Shown piece after piece: positions 1-13,485 of a stretch of 64,000 bases of DNA. Both the position numbers and the translations under genes were made by a program. Below the pieces are notes generated by a model. That model was not told the origin of the DNA and made no database searches. It saw only the letters and a list, made by a program, of their open reading frames with translations. Numbering within the stretch: the first letter of the stretch is position 1; every line of letters begins with the position of its first letter. The stretch comes from the human T2T-CHM13v2.0 reference genome, Homo sapiens. The DNA is taken from assembly GCF_009914755.1 (NCBI RefSeq), contig NC_060928.1; one strand, given 5' to 3'.

Positions 1-466
1 GATTTTTTTTCCAATTGAATTTAAAGTAGCCTACTTGTAGATAGTATCTACTTGGATCTCTGTCTTTTATTTGTGTTTAGGCCATTTATATTTAATGTAG
101 TTATTGATATGGTTTTATTAAAATGTCCTAACTGTTTTCTGTTTTATGGTTTCTTTTTCCCATCTTTCTTTCTTCTTTTGGATTGATGAATTATCATTTT
201 ATTTTTCTACTAATGACTTGTTATTTATACATTTTATTAAAAACAGCTCTTTCCCTAGGGTTTACAATATATATATTTAGTAAATTGAAGGTAAACCAGT
301 AAACTATCACACAACAATAGAAAATTAATGTTTCACATTGTACTGTAAAGATCTTACACAATACATTCCCAATTCCTTTTCTACTCACAATATTGTTGTT
401 ATATTCATTGCTAATACTTTTGTTTTAGACAGTAATAATCCACAGCAATTAAAATTAGCAACTGAG

Positions 467-730
467 TTTTATTATACTTTAAGTTCTGGGGTACGTGTGC
501 AGAACGTGCAGGTTTGTTACATAGGTATACACGTGCCATGGTGGTTTGCTGCACCCATCAACCTGTCATCAACTTTAGGTATTTCTCCTAATGCTATCCC
601 TCCCCTAGCTCCCTCACCCCCAACAGGCCCCTGTGTGTGATGTTCCCCTCCCTGTGTCCATGTGTTCTCATTGTTCAACTCCAACTTATGAGTGAGAACA
701 TGCGGTGTTTAGTTTTCTGTTTTTGTGTTA
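467..730 (-). mobile_element. L1PA (L1PA7/8-like) 3' end, heavily 5'-truncated
   Basis: Reverse complement of the L1 3'UTR (ttttattatactttaagttctggggtacgtgtgcagaacgtgcagg...). Probable TSD aactgagttttat (460-472) / aactgaattttat (734-746). Confidence 0.9.
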
Positions 731-817
731 AGAAACTGAATTTTATATTTACATTAAGCTATGACCCGTCCAATGCCCCTCATTTATTTGAGTTGATGAA
801 TATTGGGCCCTAATATC

Positions 818-1476
818 TGTATTAGTTTTCTATTGCTGTGTGACAGGTAATCAGAAATTTGTGACTTAAAACTGCACTCTTTTTTTGTGGTGGGGGAACT
901 AGTTACAGGTGATGATTTTACAATCTTTTGAATGTACTGAATGCCACTACGTTATATAATTTAAAATAGTTAATTTTATGTTACAAGAATACCTCAAGAA
1001 AATACCATCTATTGGAGCTATTGGGGCTATAACTGAGTTTTTTATTCTGTTAGGAACTGATTAGAGTCTGTTAAGCTGGAGATGATAAAAATGAATATGA
1101 AAACAAAACAAAAACCACCCATTTGTTATCTCATATTTCCTGTGAATAGAAGTCCAAGTACAGTATGGCTCAGTTCCCTGTTCAGAATCATGAAGCTAGA
1201 ATCAAGTTGTTGGCCTGGATTGCAATTTTATCTGAGACTCTGGGTTCCATTTCATACTCATTTGGTTTGTTAAAGGAATGCAATTTTTTATGATTGTAAG
1301 ACTAAGGTTCTCACTTTCTTGCTGTCTGTTAACTGGGGGCCATTCTCAGAGCATAAAAACACCTGTTATTTCCTGCACTAACGTGAAAACTTAAATGGCA
1401 GTTTCCTCCTTCAAGGCCGATGTGAAAATCTGTTTTACTTCAGGATATTGGGGCCATCTTGGGATTCTGCATACCA
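818..1476 (-). mobile_element. MaLR MLT1-family LTR, interrupted by an insert at about 873-1110
   Basis: Starts tgtattagttttctattgctg, resumes ccacccatttgttatctca and ends ggccatcttgggattctgcatacca, all typical of antisense MLT1. Confidence 0.7.
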
Positions 1477-1499
1477 CTCTATGTTTACCCACAGTGCAC

Positions 1500-2430
1500 T
1501 AAAGCTTTCACATTTCTCTAGTACTATCTTGTGCTTGAGCCTGGGATTTATTTGGCAGAGTCTCCTTTCAGTGTCTGTTCCATCTATAGCTTCAAGTCTT
1601 TCCCTTCATTTGTCCTTCTTCAGAGTATGTCTCTCTTAATTTTCTACACCTTCTTCCAGCAGTGAATTGCTATTATTTATAGCTCAAAACTTACTAACCT
1701 GCTAGCAGAGGGGAGGGGAGTGATTCTCTATTGTTGGGGCTCAGCCTCTAACTTAGGTAAGTGCTGTGTCCCTGGGTTCTGGATTTGGTGCCTTTTCAGT
1801 GCCCTTGTCCATACCTCTAATTGTCTAGGCCATAAATGTATTTCCGGCACTTCTCTAAGAATAGAATATTTTTTCTTTTCTTTTTCCCCAGCTGGAATGG
1901 GTCTTTACCCTTGTCCTAAAAGTGATATGATTGGTTTCCCTAACCCTACTAGGTTAAAGCTTTGGTTTCATAGGGAAGATAGGGGCCTAGATGCTGCTGT
2001 ACGTCTTTCCCAGGCAAGCTTCAGAGAGGAGTTTTTCTGAGGGTTTTTGTTTCACTTTTCATCATGAGCTCACAGTGAGGCCTGTGGGGAAGAACCTGTG
2101 AATCTCTCCAAATTCCCTTTGTATGTGTGGCTTCTAATACTTCTATATGCTCACATTCTCCTATGCTCAACATTTAGCAATTTATTAAAAATTTTAACTG
2201 AGTTCTTACCTGCCTGCCTGGTGTTCTTTGTCTACTGTAAGCAAACAAGAGCTAGCATCATGTCTCTCCTTGGAGGTGTCTGCCTTTCCTTAGATATTGG
2301 CTTTGTTGGTTGCCCTACAACCACAGGTCGCTGATCAATTCAAGAAAAGTTGTGATTTTGTAGATTTTCTAGATCGTACTATATTGTATTCAGGATAGAA
2401 AAACTTCTCTTCTTCGCCTTTCACACCCTG
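1500..2430 (-). mobile_element. Old L1M 5'-region fragment
   Basis: Motifs ttagcaatttattaaaaattttaactgagttcttacc and ttcaagaaaagttgtgattttgtag resemble antisense L1M 5' sequence. Boundaries are approximate. Confidence 0.5.
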
Positions 2431-2967
2431 AAGGAAGCCCAATTAACTTCTTGTTTTCATTATTGTTATGAATCTTCCTTTGAACATTACAATCCCTATA
2501 AGGAGAGTGGGGATACCTTTTTTATTTACTAAGCCTGACCCTTATTTGGTATCATATTTGTTGAGTAAAGCAATGAAGAAATGAACAAATAAAACAAGTA
2601 AATGAATGAGCTGTATAGAGTTGTGTGGAGTTGCATAGTAGGAACTTAAAAGTACAGCAAATATGAGAGCTTGTAGTAATTCAGTAGAATAGTCATGTCA
2701 GATATAGAACCATGCCATTTACAAGATTCATGTACGAAAACAATTAAAAAAAAAAAAAAGAACTAGCTCCTAAAAAATGGAGCTTGAAAGATCAAGAGAA
2801 AGACCAGGCAACTGCTTGTCGAACAGACTGGTAAAGAGAATTGAATCCTCCTTATGGGACTCAATACCTTGTGAGGAAGGTGAAAGAGAAAATTCATACC
2901 CTAGATGAAGAAAGGTGGTGGGATGGTTAGCTATTTATATGCTTTCATTAATTGTAGATTATACCTT

Positions 2968-3962
2968 TGAGAGGTGACAACGTGCCAGCAGCCCTCGCTC
3001 TCGGTGCCTCCTCGGCCTCGGCGTCCGCTCTGGCCGCGCTTGAGGAGCCCTTCAGCCTGCCGCTGCACTGTGGGGGCTCCTCTCTGGGGCTGGTCGAGGT
3101 CGGAGCCGGCTCCCTCTGCTCGCGGGGAGGTGTGGAGGGAGAGGCGCGCGGCGCTCGCAGGCCGGCGCGGGTTCCGGATGGGCGCGGGTTCCTCAGGCCC
3201 CGCCCTCTGGCCGGCAGGCCACGCCTGCTGGACTTGATCAGGGGAGGAGCTCCCTCTGGGCTGCCAGAGTGCCTTGGCTAGGTGCTGCAAAGCCCCTCGT
3301 GAGTCCCATTAAGAGGTGAAGCCAGCTGGGCTTCTAGGTCGGGTGGGGACTTGGAGAACTTTTCTGTCTAGCTAAAGGTTTGTAAACGCACCAATCAACA
3401 CTCTCTGTCTAGCTAAAGGTTTGTAAACACACCAATCAGCGCTCTGTGTCTAACTAATCTGGTGAGGACTTGGATAACTTTTGTGTCTAGCTAAAGGATT
3501 GTAAACGCACCAGTCAGCACTCTGTCAAAACAGACCAATAAGCTGTCTATAAAACGGACCCATTAGCTGTCTGTAAAATGGACCAATCAGCAGAATGTGG
3601 GTAGGGCCAGATATGGGAATAAAAGCAGGCCACCCAAGCCAGCAGTGGCAACCTGCTGGGGTCCCTTTCTACACTGTGGAAGCTTTGTTCTCTCGCTCTT
3701 CGCAATAAATCTTGCTGCTGCTCACTCTTTGGGTCCGTGCTGACTTTAAGAGCTGTAACACTCACCATGAGGGTCCACAGCTTCACTCCTGAAGTCAGCG
3801 AGACCACGAACCCACCAGAAGGAAGAAACTCTGGACACATCTGTACATCTGAAGGAACAAACTCTGGACACACCGTCTTTAAGAACTGTAACACTCACCG
3901 CGAGGGTCCACGGCTTCATTCTTGAAGTCAGCGAGACCAAGAACCCACCAATTCCTGACACA
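2968..3962 (+). mobile_element. Solo LTR12 (HERV9 LTR, long GC-rich variant)
   Basis: TG...CA termini (tgagaggtgacaacgtg ... ccaattcctgacaca). 4-bp TSD cctt at 2964-2967 and 3963-3966. CCAAT-containing U3 tandem repeats, AATAAA motifs and duplicated U5 units. Confidence 0.95.
3360..3625 (+). promoter_or_regulatory. LTR12 U3 enhancer/promoter with repeated CCAAT (NF-Y) boxes
   Basis: Repeated tgtctagctaaagg-ttgtaaac-caccaatca units, followed by gggaataaaag. LTR12 promoters are known to depend on NF-Y. Confidence 0.7.
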
Positions 3963-4445
3963 CCTTTGCTAGAGGATCAGCATAGTGTTTGCTGTGGCAA
4001 GCTAACCAGATACACTTTCAAGTCCAAGATACCCAGTCCCTAGCTGCCAGCATTGTTGGCTGCTGACACCTCATAATTGTGCAAAAAGAAGTTGCTTTTC
4101 TCAAGATTTTGCTTCACACTCCCCAACAGCGGCACCAATGAAGAACACAAAGGCAAAGCCCACATGCATTTCAGCTTCAGAGCTGTCTCTGAGATTGGAT
4201 GAGGTCTCTGTTGCATCCCAGTTAAACTTCTGACTAATGCTGCTTCCTTTACTCTCACAGGTGTTTCTTAGAGCCTTCCCCAGTATACTTCACACATACA
4301 TAGTTCTGAGGTAGTTCCTTAGAGAAGTCAATCTGCAGCAAATAAAAGAAATTATTTTCAAATTCTGATAATTTGTAAATTTAGGGTTACTGATATATTA
4401 TTTGTCATTAGCTTTTCTGCTCGTTGGTTCCAGAAGAAACCATGG

Positions 4446-4950
4446 TGTGATAGACTGAATGATGACTCCCTCTCCCACAGCAATGTCCATGTCTCAATCC
4501 TCAAAACCTGGGAATATGTTACTTTACATGGTCAAGGAAATTTTGCAGATGTAATTAATTTGAGGATTTTGTGATGGAGAGATTATCCGGAATTATCCAG
4601 GTTGGCCTGGATAATCACAAGGGTCCTTTTAAGAGTGGGACAGGATTAGAATCAGACAGAAGATGAAGTGACGACAGAAGCAAAGGAACAGAAAGAAAGA
4701 TTAGAGCATGCTACACTACTGCTTTAAAGATGAAGGAAGGGGACATAAGCTGAGGAATGCTGGCATTCTCTAGAATCTAGAAAATGCAAGGAAATGGATT
4801 GCCTCCTAAGGCCTCCAGAAGGAATGCAGCCCTGCCACTCTTTTTTAGACTTTGACCTCCATATATATGAAATAAAACTTTGCTTTCCTATAAGCCACTC
4901 AATTTGTGGTAACTTGTTACAACTTCAATGTGAAATGAGCATGAACATAC
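4446..4950 (+). mobile_element. MLT1D-like MaLR LTR
   Basis: gaatatgttactttacatgg...gatggagagattatcc...cctccagaaggaatgcagccctgcc...tttgtggtaacttgttaca. Confidence 0.85.
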
Positions 4951-7900
4951 ATAGTAATCATTTGGAACAGCAGGGACAGAAGAGTCTAAGTTTGTTCAAA
5001 AGATGACCAAATGTTTACAGAGATGTAACCAAAGGCATAAGATTATGAATGTCATTTCTCTTGTATATTTTCTCGATATTTATAATCTGGTTATATTATT
5101 TTATAATATAAAATGAGTTTATAATTAAAAGCATTACCATTTATGTGTGCTTCATCTATTACTCTTTAAATGCAGTGGGCAATTCAATTCTTTTTAGCAC
5201 AAATACACAAAATTTAACAGGGTCAACGTGGATGCTGGTTACTTATCCATCACTGTGCTACCTCTACTACCATTTAATAATTTGACTCATTTCATCCCTT
5301 TGGTGCTTGAACAATTGGCTTCATATTCTGGCTAGTGACAATATTAAATTGCCTTCTATGACCTTTGTTCTTGACTTTGTATTCAACCTTGATTTCAGCT
5401 TCCCTATCCCCAAAGAAAGGAGACAAGAGTGCCCTGTATAAACCACAGTCTTTTCAACAGAAATGCTCACATAAAATTTAGAATCAACATTTTGTGTATG
5501 AATTTTTCTCTCCAAAATGCATAATTTTATTCTTTCTGAAATTTAGTTTATTTACCTAAATAATATGCTGAAAATCAATTACCACAATAATGTCAAATTT
5601 ACACTAAATGAAAAGTTAGTATAAATATATGTGACAAGATAGTCACATTAGAAACTAACTTTCAAAAAATGCTTTGTACAGATGATATGCCAAGAATTTC
5701 TCAAGGAACCATGATTATAATTAGGTCATTTTACATTATTTTCTATACATTTAGATAATTTAATTTATGCTCTTATAATGTTACATTTCTTAGTAATCCA
5801 AAAATTGTTCAGCTGAAATATTACAATGATAATACCCATGAATGTGATGCATTCTCCCTTTTAAGAATTACCTTCCTAATTTTAGAGGCCATATGTCTAT
5901 TTATTATTTAATAAATCTCATCATATCCTAGCAATATTTCTAGATTAAAATTTCTAGAATTGATCATCCCATGATTCAGATTTAGGTTCAATAGTTAGTA
6001 TCTTAGTGATCATTACATATTAGGATTTTTTACATGCATTAGCTTAAAAAGTATCTTATTGTAGTAGACATTTTGTAAATCTTCATCATTTGACATGAGT
6101 CTGATCTATGAACAGCTGCTAGAAAAAGAGCTAAAAAAATAAATTCTATAGACATTAAATTACAATAATTATCAATGTTCAGATTTTTAGATTACATTAC
6201 TTGAGTTTTTAAATACAGGGACGAGGTCTCGGGCGTACCCTGATGTAACTGTTCATTAAGACAACATGAAACTTCTAGGATAAGTATACAGAGAGAGTGG
6301 AAGGAATAAGTTTATGTTTTACCCTCTCCCCCTTTAATTTCCCCCCTTTATAAGCCTATGTGCAGTTTCCAAACTCCTGATAGAGTTCATCTTAGAACGA
6401 TGAGATGATTTCATTAACACGGTGCTTTGATGAACTAAGCTCATCAACTATAAACATATAAAATGTGGTGATAGGCTCATACTAAAAGGCCTTTGGTTCT
6501 AAGGAAATATAATCTACATTATATTATACTGGAGAAATATAATCTACATTATTTGCAAAACCTTCCTACAAGCCCTGAGTGAGCATCTGGTTTTAACTGA
6601 AATAGAAACAATTTCCCTCAGAATTGCTAGTGTTCCCTCCTGTAGACAGGTTCTCAGCGAGAGAATCTCAAAGCACCTTTTTGTAGTTACTTACCTGTAA
6701 CAGCGACTCTGACTCATTCCTCATTTTAAACTGTTTCCATCTACTTCTTTTTGTCTCTCTAAGCTTCTGTTGGGTGTTTTGTCCATTTTTCTAACATATA
6801 CTCTTACCACTACTATTGCTTTGCCTTTAATCACTCCTATTCCCTAAACTTCCCTTAGTCCCTATGAACAAAGAACACCCATCACTTTTTTCCTCCTTTT
6901 GTTTTCCCTTTCCTTTTTTTTCTTTTTCTTTTCTTTTTTTTTTTTTCCTTTGGTTTAGAAATAAAGTTTAAGAGCTAATGAAACTATTCAACTGAATGGA
7001 TCTGAGTTTCAGCAATTATAAGCTCTTTAAAAAGAAATAAATATTTATTTGGGGTTAACCTTGTTAATGAATGGATTCTCCCTTTACCGAGGGCACATCA
7101 AGACAAGCTTAACATTTCCAAGGCTTAGTCACTTAAAAAAATTGAAACGATGAAGACATTCTAAGGAAATGCTGGACCTTCAAATGTATCTTACACTGAA
7201 GCAAGCTTTTATGGCCTATTTTAAGAACTTAGTACTAGCTCTCTTGTTTAATGAGCAGCTTAATTTAAAGCTTAAAATTAAGTATTCCAATGGAGTCGTA
7301 AATAATGCAGTTTATAATATTCTTATCAAGCACATAAAGATACATTTGTCTTCCATTAACAACATACTTTTAAAGTAGCTTGACCTCTTCAGATGTATAA
7401 GAGCACTCAATTAGTGCAATTTGTCACAGATCTTTTACATGTTAATAAGATGTAACTAATTGTTTTGTCTAATTAACTTTTCAGACACTGGCAGCTCTTG
7501 TTCTTTTAATACAAAGCAAGAGTGCCTTATTTGCAATTCTAATATTTGATGCAGAATTCTGACCATAAACTCAAGTCTACCATCCTAAAAAAAAGTTATA
7601 TGGCAATTAAGAATTCAGGAAAGAAATATTATATATTTTTAGGATATTAATGTTTTTATGTAAAGTGCTACTCCAAACCACAAGAGTGAAATAAATTCAG
7701 ATTGGAAAATAAATGAGAAAACATACATAATCCTCCCAAAGATATATTAATATATAAGATTTTCTGTAAATGATTTTATATTTGCTCATTAATTCATTTA
7801 GTTGTTCTCTCATCTTCTATTCATTCATTCATTCTTGTAGTGTCAAGTCTCTTCAAGATAGTCTGTTAGTATCTAAAGATTTGAGGATAACCAAGTAAAA

Positions 7901-8169
7901 ACACTGTCCTTAACCAAATGTATGTTTCTTGGTCATGAAATTAACAGTGAAATTAACTAAATCTTAGAATAGATGCATAGGATCTATGTATACTTTTTCT
8001 CCTAGTGAAGTGTAGACCAGAGTGACATATTTGTGGCACATTTGTTCAACATGTAACAATATATTAACTCTATTCTTTATCTTATTACACTGTAAAAGTA
8101 ACATATTTTAATTACATGTATTTGAAAAATATAAATATTTTATTGTATGGTATTATTAAATAATTTTTA

Positions 8170-8522
<353 letters not shown>

Positions 8523-8970
8523 TTAATTTTTAAATATAAAATTATATAAATGTACATATATATTACTAATAGGCACCATAATTTATTTAGCATTAACTCA
8601 AACTAATTACCTGTGGGTCTTTTTACAAATTCTGAGTTTATAATTTTGGTAGAATCTCTGCAGAAAATTGTGATGAACAGTCAAGGCTGATAAATGTTTT
8701 CCCATTATAATACATTTAGTTATTCCCAAATTCCAAGTTGTGTAACAAATAATGCAATATTTTGGATTCTTCATTGCTATGTATTTTCTTAGGGAACCCA
8801 TTAGATTCAAAATCCCTGGACCAAAGGCCAAATCTAAAAGTTTTGTAAAGTTTCTGATGCATATAGTCAAATTGCTTTCTAGAAAATTCTCAGAAATCTG
8901 ATATTTTATATGAAAACAACTGTCTTCCCTAGGATGAATTAATTATTTTTTAGATTTATGTTTGATTTAA

Positions 8971-9304
<334 letters not shown>

Positions 9305-9439
9305 TTATATTTTGTATTTTTAATGATGTTTCTCCTATATGTATTTAAGAATTGTGTACATAATAATATAAAACGTTTATCACATTAGTAGCAAAGTTTT
9401 TTCTTCCTTTTTCATTTTTATTATAATATAATGAAATAC

Positions 9440-9640
9440 TAGGTAAAAGAACATGCTCTGGAGTCAGACCAGCTGGGTTTTAATCCTGACTCTGCCCTTA
9501 TTGGCTATGTTACCCTCTGTAAATATCTTAAACACTGTTTCTTAGTTTCTTTATCCATAACAGGGGGACAATAATAGCACCTATTTCACCAAGTAATTAT
9601 AAAAATTAAATATGTTAATAAATGCAAAAGTTTTAGAAAA
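9440..9640 (+). mobile_element. MIR SINE
   Basis: MIR core: gctctggagtcagacc...aatcctgactctgcc...cttagtttctttatccataa. Confidence 0.75.
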
Positions 9641-11377
9641 TCTCCCATTTCTTGTTGGTTGCCTTTCTGCAGGAACTGTAATGTTAGATTAGATTACCAT
9701 TCTCTGTTCTTCAATATCCAAACCAACTGTTTCATTGAAATCAATTTCAATCTTCTCCCACTGCATTATTGGTAAGTCTTTTATGTTTAAGTTTATGAAT
9801 CAAATCATTGATTAAATTTTCCATAAATTTCAGATATGGCCTTCCCCACTAGGATAGTTTGTATTTTTAAGCTTTTTTATTTTTTAACATCAGTTTATTT
9901 TCTTTGCATTTTTGTCTTCATCCCAATTTTTCTTTTCTATTATGGGTTCAAGCTCTTGTTTCTTAGAGGTCATTTCTTCTTTGATATATTTGATAACACC
10001 AAGCATATAATATGATACTTTCATATTTTAATTTTAGAAATTATTTGTACGGATATGCTTTGTGTCTGCTTTTCTCCTAATTGTTTTTCTTGAAGGAGGT
10101 TATGCTTTAAAAAATGTTTTTATCTTACTCATATTTGAATAGAAAAGTATTTATCTAGGCCTGCTGTTTTGCCAGTGAGCATGGTAGATAATGTACTTTT
10201 GGTCTCTCTAATTGCTCATATGGACTCTAGCAAAGTGTTGCTCCCACCCCAAAATTGACCTATGCCAATTTGAAATGCCCTGCATCTTCTCATTTAATGT
10301 TGGTACAATTCACTGTGATTGAAATTTATTTCAATATATTTACAGACCATGAGGGCTAAGAAACATTGCCTAATGAAATACATAAAGAATTACATTGTTA
10401 AAAATCATGCCAGACATATTGATTGTAATGATTATCATAAAACATGTATTATTATCAAAGTAAATTAACCACATCTAATTCATCAGTGTTATAGCCAGTG
10501 ACAACTAGAATTAGAGAATATTAAAAGTAGAATGAAACGTTACTATCCAGTTCAAGTTCAGAATTTTGTACGTATATGTACATATATAGCCCAGAAACCC
10601 AAAGATGTGAAGAAATGGCTAGAATGTGGCAGAAACTGGAGTTTGACTCAGATTCCTATATTGTAGTGATTTTTCCATGATGCTCCATTAGCCCTTAAGT
10701 TTCAAGAATCAGGATAATTGGCCAGGAAAACACAAAATTTTCACTAATTTAAAAGGTAGATATCATTGGAAAAGAACAGGCAAGTGACAACCAACAGAGA
10801 GTAAAGACAAACACAGTATGAGAAATTCTTCCAACAACCTCTGAGTGGATGTCATTACTTTAGGAAGTGATAATGTGCCCAAACAGCCATGGGAAGATGA
10901 TTATTTAAGAGGCTGACATCTGAAAATGGAGATGCATAATTTAACTCTCACCTGGGATTCAGTATTAGTGGATAAGGTAAAATGGACAAAGCATGAAGAA
11001 ATTGCACTGTTTTTTTGTGGGAAAGATTCGTATATCAAATCCATCACTTTAGGAGTTACCAAAGCCCAATGTCTCAATGGTAGAATAATAAAAGTGGAGC
11101 ACTTTCTTGGTCATTCAGTTATTTTAATTAAAAATGAAAAAATCTACATAATGAAAATCTGAAATTCCATTTGCAAGTTCATCTGGACAAAAGATCATTT
11201 CTTTTTCTTCTTTACCTTTAAAAACATATGACTAAAAGCATTAAGTTTCAAGAGAATATATATTCATTGCTACTGTATTGGTCATCTAATAGTTATATTT
11301 TTATAAATAAATGCAAAATGTAGTGTTTTGTCAACTGCTAGAAAAAAATGGCTGTTTCAATTTGGTTATGGACACAC

Positions 11378-11397
11378 TCCTGCCACCTGGTGTCATA
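11378..11397 (-). promoter_or_regulatory. Candidate CTCF-binding motif
   Basis: Minus strand TGACACCAGGTGGCAG closely matches the CTCF core CCACCAGG(G/T)GGC(A/G)G, in apparently unique sequence. Confidence 0.55.
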
Positions 11398-12584
11398 TTA
11401 TCTAAATTACAGAATCACATCTGGAAATGCAAAAACATTTTAAAAATTCAATTATTTAAAGAAAAATATTTCTATGTATCCTGTGTATATTAAAATTAAT
11501 TTTGAAGCAAAATGTAGACATTATTACAAAACCAAGCTGTGATGAATAAAATTATTTAGAAATGCAGAAAACTATTCAATATTATAATCATTAAAAATAA
11601 AATTTGAATGCACTTTTTGGTTTGTATCTTTATAATGAAAGACTAAATCAAACTTAAAAAAAACCTTCATCTTATGCTATGAGTGAAGGTAACCTCTGTA
11701 TTGCTATTATTTAACGCAAAAAAACCTGATGTTGTCATCCATTTAAATAAGTATGATAACTAGAATCTTTAGTAAAAGAAACTTTTGGAAATACTATAAA
11801 CTACTTTGGTTTTGTCTGTTCATCTAATTTCACATGCAAAACAAACAGTGAAATACAACAATTATAAAACATCTTTATAAATTGATAATGCATTAATGTA
11901 TTTTTGCAAATCCTAGTCAGCTCAATTATATCCTTGGCATTCAGAAATAATCACTTATACTCTCTAGCAATTCTTCATGACAGCTAGTCACTTTATCTGA
12001 TTTTATGTCTATGACTGCTTTTAGAAGATCTAATATCTCCTAGTCAGAACATTCAAACCAAACTTCTCACATTGTATCATAGAAATTAGATTTTTCACTT
12101 TCTCTTCAGTGACATTTTCCAAATTATGTACTTACTCACTGATTATTTTAAATAAATTTGAAAACACTAAAATAAATAAAAGTAAGCTGACTTCAGCATT
12201 CTATTATTAACATGATAAGGTATATTGAGAAGGTAAGAGCATGTATCACTTCTCAAGCTCCACGGATCATTCTGGTCTCCATCTTAGAACACAAAACTAG
12301 TCCTCTCAGGTGCACCAACTGGAAATATACTAAAAGGTGTATTTTCTTATGGTGTGTATTGATTACTTTTATAACTCTGTTTTGGAGTTTATTTTTATGT
12401 CAAAACAGATTATTGATTGGAATAATGAAATATATCATCTATACTATCCTTTTGGCCCTGTTATGAAGTCAAGGCTAGGAAAATTATAAATTTGATTAAA
12501 ACATATTGGAATATTTTCAGCGCGGTGTTCTTTGGTTTCTGTGCAATGAAGTTACTTCTTTATGTGATGTAATATTGCTGAGTG

Positions 12585-12810
12585 ATTGAGACAGAGAGTT
12601 GAAGTTTGACTGCTGAAGTTCAAATGGCAGCTGTACTATTCCAAGCCTTATGGACTTGGAAAAATTGGATAACATCTCTAAGCCTCAATCTCCTCAATAT
12701 TAAGTAAGAATATCAGCCATACCCAGCTTTATTTGGGGATCCACTGAGTTAATGCATTTACATGGTGTTTGGCACATGGTAAGTACGCCATAAAATATGT
12801 TTATTGTTCA
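12585..12810 (+). mobile_element. MIR SINE
   Basis: gacttggaaaaattggataacatctctaagcctcaatctcctca...ggcacatggtaagtac. Confidence 0.6.
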
Positions 12811-13244
12811 TAATAAAACTATTAAAAAAACATAATTGTATTTATAAAGATTATATAACATTTTAGATATTCAGGTAATTATTAATTACCTGAATTAATT
12901 TCAGGTATTACCGCTTGCTTTTACAACTAATCATTTCAAAGTCTTATGCCCTGAAGTTAAAAATGTTAGTATTAGATGTATATTTTTAATGAAACCACTT
13001 TGGGAAAAAGTTGTTTGAAAATAAGGATTCATTTTAGTGCTTAGTTTGCATTCTCAGAATTCAGCTGAAACTTGGATGTTTGGTAAAATCATATTTTACA
13101 AATATCTTGATAGCTAGTTGAAAGCTATTATGAGATAACACTAAGCAACATAAATGTAATTTCCTTATATGTTCATTAAATTGCTCAAAATAGTAACATT
13201 CTTAAAGAAATGAAGTCTTTTTATCCTTGTGGTTGTGGATTTTT

Positions 13245-13335
13245 ATATATAAACTGTATGTGTATATATGTATATGTATGTGCATATGTGTACATACATA
13301 TACAGTACATATATAGATACACATGTTTATATATG
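13245..13335. repeat. (TA/TATG)n low-complexity repeat
   Basis: tatgtgtatatatgtatatgtatgtgcatatgtgtacatacatatac. Confidence 0.7.
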
Positions 13336-13485
13336 TAAACTTCTATTTAATGGAGAAAAATTATTCATGGCAAAAAAGTAAAGTTTCATGACGAGGGTAT
13401 TATTTTAAGTATAGATGTTATACTTTTATATAAAATTCTGTGGGAAAAAAACCAGCTAAGGTTAGGATTCTTTGTCTGATTCTAG

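Noticed and set aside
3360-3600. Tandem ~40-bp repeats resembling an array
   Set aside because: They are the known LTR12 U3 enhancer repeats, with no unique spacers.
2931-3961. Six overlapping ORFs of 62-119 aa
   Set aside because: All lie within the GC-rich LTR12, where stop codons are scarce.
6504-6552. 19-bp direct repeat gaaatataatctacattat
   Set aside because: A simple local duplication with a ~10-bp spacer; nothing suggests function.
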